Shown: positions 1-7,559 of the stretch, in pieces
Layout of the letters: each line of letters opens with the position of its first letter
How positions within the stretch are numbered: position 1 is the stretch's first letter
Source: Magallana gigas
Taxonomy: Eukaryota
Length of the DNA stretch: 64,000 bases
Direction: 5' to 3'
Assembly: GCF_963853765.1 (NCBI RefSeq)
Contig: NC_088856.1
Span: 42,284,001-42,348,000, forward strand
Program-made: the position numbers and the translations under genes
Notes under the pieces: generated by a model
Database searches by the model: none
The model's input: the letters and a program-made list of their open reading frames with translations, nothing else
What the model was told of the DNA's origin: nothing

Positions 1-862
1 TGGTGAATGTTTCGAAATACTTCTGAATTAAAGACCTCAATTTAATATAGTACATTGATAGGTTACAAAATTGTTTTAAATGTCTTTTTTCTTCTAAATC
101 TTGCATTACATTAATGTAAACTGCTAATCAGATGAGTTTTCGTAAAACTGAATTTTCAGTGGAAGCTTTGCAAAAAAAAATGGTACCGATGATTGAAATG
201 AAGCAATATTTATCAATGTATTACCTTCAAAATATCAGTTATCAACACAAAACATTCCCTATACAACTTCTTGTTGATCCATTTGTTTGGTTATCTTGCT
301 ATACATTAAAGTATTTTGTAATTCAAATCACCTGTGTAAAACTCAGGTTGAAAAACTAGGATGTTTACATAATATAGAAACATGCAGTGGTGAATGTTTC
401 GAAATACTTCTGAATTAAAGACCTAAATTATATACAGTACATTGATAGGTTACAAAATTGTTTTAAATGTCTTTTTTCTTCTAAATCTTGCATTACATTA
501 ATGTAAACTGCTAATCAGATGAGTTTTCGTAAAACTGAATTTTCAGTGGAAGCTTTGCAAAAAAAATGGTACAGATGATTGAGATGAAGCAATATTTATC
601 AATGTATTACCTTCAAAATATTAGTTATCAACACAAAAATTTCCCTATACAACTTCTTGTTGGTCCATTTGTTTGGTTATCTTGCTATACATTAAAGTAT
701 TTTGTAATTCAAATCACCTGTGTAAAACTCAGGTTGAAAAACTAGGATGTTTACATAATATAGAAACATGCAGTGGTGAATGTTTCGAAATACTTCTGAA
801 TTAAAGACCTCAATTTAATACAGTACACTGATTGGTTACAAAAATTGTTTTAAATGGGTTAT
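1..862. repeat. ~387-bp tandem repeat, ~2.2 copies (truncated by window edge)
   Basis: TGGTGAATGTTTCGAAATACTTCTGAATTAAAGACC recurs at 1, 388 and 774 with near-identical downstream sequence; similarity ends at ~860. Confidence 0.92.
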
Positions 863-1490
863 TTTCTTCTTGCATGACAAATGGGATGCAATGCATGTAT
901 AACAGTAATTTATATTATAAATGGTATTAGTACCCTGTAAATTATTTAATAATATATCAAGCATGAGGGTATTTAGATAAATTAGAACATTTCCCAACAA
1001 CCATCGTATAAAACAATGAAATCCAAAATACATCAACTAAAATAAACAGTTCACAACTACTTATGGGATAAACTGATTATACTGTTACATCATCAGCTAA
1101 TCTTGCATTTTTTTTACTCGAGTGACAATTACAACAATCAAAGACTTACATATCATATTGTGAACATGCAGTTTGTACAAGCATAAAACATTTGGGCATG
1201 TAAAGAGGTCACAAATCACAATCAGTACGAGATGTCCATAAATATGTATCTCTCTCTAGTCAAAGATTAGAATTCCAGTTTACAATAAGATAAGGCAGAG
1301 AGATAGGAGAACCATAACCATGAATACATTGTTATTGTGAATACTAGTCACGTTCACCATTTTTTTTAAATATAAAGAGGTGTTAAAATATTTTTCTTTC
1401 AGAAATCCACTGAAAATTTGAGAAAATTCTAATGTTACGCAAGTCACCGAGTGCGATTTTGTTTACATAAAAATCTACACCGTATGGTCC

Positions 1491-1694
1491 TATAGTGTTT
1501 TTACACCTATATCATATGTGGGTTGCCCCGAACTTTCCGATACATAGCTGATTTGGTCTGTATTGGAATACGGCTTGTTCTCGTTCAGGCAGCAGTCCAA
1601 AGTGATCGGGGTCTTCGCCACGGGCTCCCGCCAGGTGACGTCACAGCCCGTCATCATAGGTAACTCGTCCTTGGAGTAGTCGACAACCACTACA
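1491..1694 (-). repeat. 3' LTR (204 bp)
   Basis: Matches 10347-10550 except one base (AACTTTCCGA vs AACTTACCGA); - strand termini TGTAGTG...CACTATA. Confidence 0.96.
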
Positions 1695-1712
1695 CTCCCC
1701 TCCGTTTTCTTC
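1695..1712 (-). promoter_or_regulatory. Polypurine tract
   Basis: - strand GAAGAAAACGGAGGGGAG abuts the TG of the 3' LTR. Confidence 0.88.
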
Positions 1713-2043
1713 GAAGGGACTCGGCCCAAACTACCAGTGGGCCGGCTCCGTCCACTCCACTAAGCTGGACTTACAACCAACACATCACCAGGGGGCGCGT
1801 AACGCCCATCCCAATCAATACTGGGATCAACATCCCAATCTATACTGGGATCAACAGCCCTCACTTTTACGAGTTCAGAATATGGGCAGATGGGGCCATA
1901 CAAGACATGATGGCCTCCGCCCAATAGAAAACGCCAACTAACCGTCCAGGAAACAGGGTCTGGGGGGGACATAGGAGGGCGCGTACCTACCACTCCTCCA
2001 GGATCAAGATGTGGACCCGGCGGGCTCCAGCATACCTGCGAGG

Positions 2044-2862
2044 TTAGTCTACTGCTATGTACCCTCCTGTCGCAGTCCCAGGTGGCGGGCGGGGGAACTC
2101 CGGAGAGAACTCTACTCCCCTCGCTCTTCCTGCAACCCAGGGGTCCCAGGGCTCCAAGGCGCCCACCAGCTCATCCTCGGACGAGGTCGGGTCTGGGCCA
2201 TAGTCCTCCGGCTCCTCCTCGGGCGGGGTCGCTGCTTCATCTACTTCGGTCTCCTCCCGTCTGAAGCTCTCTCGAGGGGTAGTCGCTTCATCGTCCTCGG
2301 ACTCCTCCTGTCTGAAGCTCTCTGGAGGGGTAGTGGCGTCCTCGTCCTCGGACTCCTCCAGGCAGATGCTCCCCAGGACTGGGGGATCAGGGGCATCCCA
2401 GTCCTCATGGCAAGGAGCCGGGGGCGGGGGTGGCAAGAGCCTAAACATCCCGTACTGCGACAATGGGTGTCCGCTGACTGTCTCGTTGCTCCACAGCTCC
2501 CGGTAGGCCCTCCTTAGGTCCGGGCCCAACCGGGAAACTAGATGTGCCTGTACCCTCCAATGTAACAGGAGAGCGGGATGTAGCCGACCGAACAGGGCAA
2601 ATCGGTGAGGGGGGTCCTCCCCCACAAACCGGCACAGTGCCTCCATGGCCCGATTCAAATCGGTGGGAACACCGGCGGCGGGCTCCTGGAACACTTCGCC
2701 TGTTGGGACGTCCCTCGCCAGGTCCTCTGGAGTGGCTCCTTCCCCCAGCAGGTGGTGAGCCATCCACATAAGAACGCGGTACCGGAGGCTGGCCCCCGCC
2801 TCAGGGGGCACAGACCTCCGGAACACTGGATGTAGGTGGGCCACTGTCACATGAGTTCTCAT
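2044..2862 (-). CDS. Gypsy accessory ORF3, unknown function (272 aa from ATG; frame open back to 2970)
   Basis: Long ORF between pol and the PPT; ATG in ACCATG context overlapping the pol TGA; His/Trp-rich N-half and acidic C-half with 3x17-aa repeats. Confidence 0.6.
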   Translation of the reverse strand: MRTHVTVAHLHPVFRRSVPPEAGASLRYRVLMWMAHHLLGEGATPEDLARDVPTGEVFQEPAAGVPTDLNRAMEALCRFVGEDPPHRFALFGRLHPALLLHWRVQAHLVSRLGPDLRRAYRELWSNETVSGHPLSQYGMFRLLPPPPPAPCHEDWDAPDPPVLGSICLEESEDEDATTPPESFRQEESEDDEATTPRESFRREETEVDEAATPPEEEPEDYGPDPTSSEDELVGALEPWDPWVAGRARGVEFSPEFPRPPPGTATGGYIAVD

Positions 2863-5800
2863 GGTGCGGGTCCGCACCAGGCACCCCAGGAACGGGCAAG
2901 TCGAACTTGGCCCTCTCGAACCTCTCCTCCTCGCGGCCCCCGGTGGTGGGGGGCCTGCGGGGCCTCTTCTTCATCGTAATCATCGTCATCTCTGTAAAAC
3001 AAAAAGACCCTATTAATAGATATTCCCCCCATACACGTCGGACACACAAACTGGTCCATAGTGGTGGCGTCCTCCGGCGAGACTCCCACACACAAGCCGT
3101 GGTACCAGCAGTCGCACTGGTCACACTGGACCATTAGTTTTCCGTCATCAGGACGATGACAGAGGCAATAGAGCTCGGTGTCTGTGGATGTTTCTGGTGA
3201 CTTTTCTGTGGTATCAGAGGATGACTGGCTGGGCCTCGGGGGTCGGTCTCCTCCTCGATAGGGTTCCTCAGGAGTCTTACCCCGCTTCCGAGGACGTCCT
3301 CTGCGGCGAGCGGGTTGAGGCCGACAGTTATCACCCTCAACTGGGCCCTCGATGGCTCTTTTTCCCTGAAAAGTCGAACCTTGCGCCTCGGAATCTTCAT
3401 CAGATCTTACATCACATGGTGAGCCACTCACGAACTTCTCCCGATATCGGGCCAGCCACAAGGGAATATCCCTGTCGTTACACTTTTTAAGGCGGTCGTG
3501 GTTTGCCACCATCACAGCTGTCTTAGTCTTCACACGGTAAAGGTAAGGTGACAGCCTCTTGAGGATGATTCCTGGGCCCTTCCAGGATAGGCTCAACTTC
3601 CGGCACTTGCCCTTAACAGTCGCCGTATCTAGCAGGTATACCAAGTCACCCTCCTCAAAGGGGCGGGTGGCTGCCTTAATGTCAAAATCCCTCTTCATCC
3701 GCTCTTCCGAGGTGTTCAAGCGTCTACGGGCGGTCTCATGCGCCGACTGTATCCTCTCCTCTAGATCTGTCACATAAGTACCAACATTCACCGGATCCTC
3801 TTGAAGGGGAGGCCTGTACATTAAGCTGGCTGGTGTGTTAACTTCCCTGCCCAACATCAGTTTATTGGCGGTGAAACCAGAGTTACGGTTCACTGCAGAG
3901 CGCAGAGCCCCAGCTATCTGTGCAAGATGCTCATCCCAACAATCCTGGGCCTTGTCAATATAGCATCTGACAGCATCCATGAGAGTCCGATTATAACATT
4001 CAACCTGTCCGTTAGCCGACGGGCGATAAGGGGTGGTACGAGCCTTGTGGATCTCCAAGAGTTCACACACCGCCGTGAACAGCTTGCTCTCAAAATTACG
4101 CCCTTGGTCTGTGAAGATCTGGAATGGGCACCCAAACCTAACGAAGAACTCATTTACCGCGGCTGTAGCTGTAACCTCGGCCGTCTGTGAAGGGAGGGGA
4201 ATGCATTCCACCCATTTTGTGAACTGGTCTACCATGACCAAGACATACTCATTTCCCCTCGGAGTCCGTGGAAGTGGTCCTAAGAAGTCCAGGTGCACCC
4301 TCTCCATGGGTGCCCCAGCATGGTACTTAATCATCTCCGCCCTGGCGTGGCGCTGGGGACGTTTGTTTCTACTACAAGGGCCGCAAGTACTGACAAAGTT
4401 CTCAGCCTCTCTCATCATTCTGTACCAAAAGAAGTGCTCCCTCAGCCTGGCTTTAGTTCGTTCGATTCCCTGGTGTCCAGCTGCCGGCACCTCGTGGCAA
4501 AGGCGCAGTACCTCTCGTCTCAGGTCACGGGGCACAATCAAAACTCTTTTCTTCTCTCCCCCCTCCTCTATCTCTTTCCAAAGGACTTTGTCACTATCCA
4601 GATATAACAGATTCCTGTTGATGTAGTAGTGTTTCACAGCCGGGCTGGTCAGAAACAATTCGCCCTCATCTGGTCCCAGTTCTCCCTCCAACCAATCCAA
4701 GATCAAGCCTAACTCTGGGTCATTAGACTGGCTAAGACTCATCTCCCTAGGGGTGAGTCCTACAAGTGACGTCGGGCCTTCGGGGTCCGCCGGAGAGACT
4801 CCCATCACGCAAGCGAACTGAGGGTACCTGCTGATCCGGATATGGGTCCTACAAGGTCCATCCGGGCTACTCTCGCCCTCAGAGTCAATCTCAGGATAGG
4901 GAAAACCGCCAGTCCGTCCCAGAAGTCCTCCAGATACATATCCGAGGGCTATCTCACTGACCGATGGCTGGGCTTCTCCTGATGCACGGCCGTCTACTGT
5001 CCCCTCGAGCTCGTCCTCCGGCAAAGGAGAGTAAATCCAACTTCCTGGCCTAGCAAGCGGGGCTACATCGTCTACCTCATCAGTAAATACATTCCACAAT
5101 TGATGGGCTCTGGTGCACTTACGACATCCACCGCAGGGCAAGTCACTAAGATTCACAGTGAAGTCCACCCCCTGACATCTGGAAGACATGGTTGGTCGAG
5201 AAAGCGCGTCAGCATTCACGTGACGCTTACCGGGCCGATGTTGGATGACCATATTGTACTGGCTGAGCTCCTCCAACCAACGAGCTAGTTGATCCTGGGG
5301 GTACCTAAAGTTCAGCAACCAGATGAGACTATGGTGGTCCGTACGTACAATAAATCTCCGGCCTAGTAGATAATGGCGATACATGCGTGTGAACCGGATG
5401 ACGGCCAGGAGCTCTTTCCGAGTAGTACAGTATTTTTTCTGCTCCGCGGACAAGGTGAGGCTCCCGTAGGCTATGGTTCGCTCCTGCCCCTCTTGAACTT
5501 GGCACAGCTCAGCTCCTATGGCTTCTGCAGACGCATCTGTGTCCAGCACAAACTGATCATTGGCTGTAGGCAGAGCCAGTACCGGGGGTGAAGTGAGGGC
5601 TCTCCGGAGGTTCTCAAAGGCTGTCTGCTGCTCAGGTCCCCAAACAAAGGGTTTCTTGCCAGTGATGTTATACAGCGGATGTGCCATCTGAGCAAAGCCA
5701 GCAATAAACCCTCTATAGTAATTGGCGAAGCCTAGGAACCGCTCCACCTCCTTAACATTAGTGGGAGTCTCCCAATGCTTCACGGCCTCTATGTATTCAT

Positions 5801-7559
5801 CCCCCATCTCTACTCCCGTTCCACTGACCTGCCTTCCCAGAAACTCCACTCGGCGCCGGAACAGCTCACACTTCTTGGGCTTGAACTTCAAGTCATAATC
5901 TCGGAATCGCTGGAACACCTGTCGCAAGTTAGCCAGGTGGTCATCAAAATCACTCCCCAGCACCAGGGCGTCATTCAAGAAGGCCAGAACGATACTCCAG
6001 GTCAGCCCGCGTAACACTAAATTCATTGCCCGGGAGAAGGTAGCAGGGGCATTACAGAGACCAAACCCCATTCTCCGGAACTCAAATAGGCCATACCGGG
6101 TAATGAAGGCAGTTTTCTTTCTGTCCTTGGGGCTGATCATAATTTGATGAAATGCGGAGTTAGCGTCTAGCTTCGAGAACCACACATTTCCCGAGAGGGT
6201 ATCAAGGCACTCATCAATGAGGGGAAGGGGAAAAACATCCTTCCGGGTGACATTGTTCAACCGGCGGTAGTCGAGACACCACCTGACTTGTCCGTCCTTC
6301 TTACGGATGAGGACTGGCGCTGAAGCCCACTCGGACATGGAGGGCTGGATCACTCCAGCGTCAAGCATCTTTTTGAGGTGCGCCTCCTCTTCGCCCGCAA
6401 AGAACACAGGAGTACGCCGCATCCTCTCCTTGACTGGCGGTGCATCTGCAGTGTCAATCTCATGCTCAAGGGCAGTGAAGTTTCCAAAATCAAACTCACT
6501 CCGGGCAAACACATCTTGGAACTCAGACAGCAGGCTAGCAAGTTGGGACCGCTCCTCATCACTCAACTCCGCAGAGGATCGTTCTAGCAGGTCCTGCAAA
6601 TGGGTGGGTACTTCCGGTGGTGTGCCCTCGGGCCCACTCTCAGCCATGCTACGCACCTCCCTCATCAAATAGGGCACCGGCACGTATAGCTCCGCCTCGA
6701 CTGCCTCTCCGATAACACTGCCCTCCTCCAAGGACACATCTTTTCCAGACGCATTAACAAAGCAAGCCAGGGACGCCTCTCCCGCAGCGTGATACGTATG
6801 TGGCATGAGTAAGGCATCCGACAAGTCCTCAATCCTTGGCACAACCAGGTAATCTGACAGTCTTCTCTCTAGCCTAAAAGGGCACATGACTACAGAGCCT
6901 GCAGGAACTCGAACCTTCCTCACCAAAGTCACATTGGCTTCCGTCCGAGCATTCCCCCGTCCATAGGTCATCTGAATTGTCTCACCGCCGAGAATCAGTA
7001 TCCCATGCCTCAGGTCAAGCTGAGCACCGTGGTCTCTCATGATGTCCATCCCCAGTAGCATCTGGTCCTTGAGAGGAGCAACATACAGGTCAACCTTAAG
7101 TGTGCGCTGGCCCACACGAAAATCAAATGGTCCTGCTACAAAACCCTTAAGTCTCGCTCCGTGTCCTGCCTGCAGCAAGGTAACATGCCTTTTAATAGGG
7201 GGCTTTTGTTCTAGCTGGTCATAAAACATCTTCCCTAGGACACTAACCTCTGCCCCGGTGTCCGCCACGGCCTCTATAGATAACCCTTGGATCCTCAATG
7301 GAACCGAGTAACTGGTCTGTGGGCGTACCTGCCCCACCACCACACACAGGTCCTCTACCTCCCCGGCCGTCTCACTGGACTGGGGCATCCAGTCCTCTTC
7401 AATGTCCTCCATGACCTCAACCTCAGTCTCCCTAAACTCGGCAATCTCTACACTGAAATCCGGCACACGCTCAGGACTCGGTTGGAGTTGAGAATCCCCT
7501 CCCCGGAACCACAGGTTCATCATCAGAAAACAGATCGGGTGACTTGGACCGCTCAAATC
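2859..7559 (-). CDS. pol: Pol polyprotein: aspartic protease, RT (FLND variant), RNase H, integrase, AT-hook, PHD finger
   Basis: ADTGA protease; WASAPVLIRKK/CLDYRRLN/KLDANSAFHQI RT motifs; DTDAS...ELLA...TDH...ADALSR RNase H; HHCC plus D(HLDF)-D(TDQG)-E(QVE) integrase; WKGP GPY/F-like motif; frame open from 7559. Confidence 0.95.
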   Translation of the reverse strand, partial: DLSGPSHPICFLMMNLWFRGGDSQLQPSPERVPDFSVEIAEFRETEVEVMEDIEEDWMPQSSETAGEVEDLCVVVGQVRPQTSYSVPLRIQGLSIEAVADTGAEVSVLGKMFYDQLEQKPPIKRHVTLLQAGHGARLKGFVAGPFDFRVGQRTLKVDLYVAPLKDQMLLGMDIMRDHGAQLDLRHGILILGGETIQMTYGRGNARTEANVTLVRKVRVPAGSVVMCPFRLERRLSDYLVVPRIEDLSDALLMPHTYHAAGEASLACFVNASGKDVSLEEGSVIGEAVEAELYVPVPYLMREVRSMAESGPEGTPPEVPTHLQDLLERSSAELSDEERSQLASLLSEFQDVFARSEFDFGNFTALEHEIDTADAPPVKERMRRTPVFFAGEEEAHLKKMLDAGVIQPSMSEWASAPVLIRKKDGQVRWCLDYRRLNNVTRKDVFPLPLIDECLDTLSGNVWFSKLDANSAFHQIMISPKDRKKTAFITRYGLFEFRRMGFGLCNAPATFSRAMNLVLRGLTWSIVLAFLNDALVLGSDFDDHLANLRQVFQRFRDYDLKFKPKKCELFRRRVEFLGRQVSGTGVEMGDEYIEAVKHWETPTNVKEVERFLGFANYYRGFIAGFAQMAHPLYNITGKKPFVWGPEQQTAFENLRRALTSPPVLALPTANDQFVLDTDASAEAIGAELCQVQEGQERTIAYGSLTLSAEQKKYCTTRKELLAVIRFTRMYRHYLLGRRFIVRTDHHSLIWLLNFRYPQDQLARWLEELSQYNMVIQHRPGKRHVNADALSRPTMSSRCQGVDFTVNLSDLPCGGCRKCTRAHQLWNVFTDEVDDVAPLARPGSWIYSPLPEDELEGTVDGRASGEAQPSVSEIALGYVSGGLLGRTGGFPYPEIDSEGESSPDGPCRTHIRISRYPQFACVMGVSPADPEGPTSLVGLTPREMSLSQSNDPELGLILDWLEGELGPDEGELFLTSPAVKHYYINRNLLYLDSDKVLWKEIEEGGEKKRVLIVPRDLRREVLRLCHEVPAAGHQGIERTKARLREHFFWYRMMREAENFVSTCGPCSRNKRPQRHARAEMIKYHAGAPMERVHLDFLGPLPRTPRGNEYVLVMVDQFTKWVECIPLPSQTAEVTATAAVNEFFVRFGCPFQIFTDQGRNFESKLFTAVCELLEIHKARTTPYRPSANGQVECYNRTLMDAVRCYIDKAQDCWDEHLAQIAGALRSAVNRNSGFTANKLMLGREVNTPASLMYRPPLQEDPVNVGTYVTDLEERIQSAHETARRRLNTSEERMKRDFDIKAATRPFEEGDLVYLLDTATVKGKCRKLSLSWKGPGIILKRLSPYLYRVKTKTAVMVANHDRLKKCNDRDIPLWLARYREKFVSGSPCDVRSDEDSEAQGSTFQGKRAIEGPVEGDNCRPQPARRRGRPRKRGKTPEEPYRGGDRPPRPSQSSSDTTEKSPETSTDTELYCLCHRPDDGKLMVQCDQCDCWYHGLCVGVSPEDATTMDQFVCPTCMGGISINRVFLFYRDDDDYDEEEAPQAPHHRGPRGGEVREGQVRLARSWGAWCGPAP
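3033..3170 (-). other. PHD finger (C4HC3) at the Pol/integrase C-terminus
   Basis: YCLCHRPDDGKLMVQCDQCDCWYHGLCVGVSPEDATTMDQFVCPTC. Confidence 0.93.

Noticed and set aside
132-359. 75-aa ORF in the tandem repeat
   Set aside because: Not preserved in the second unit (poly-A length change); no motif
1490-1729. ORFs 1490-1729 and 10244-10585 as genes
   Set aside because: Both are read-throughs of the LTR sequence, identical because the LTRs are
2044-2862. ORF3 as an env gene
   Set aside because: No signal peptide, transmembrane helix or furin-type cleavage site visible
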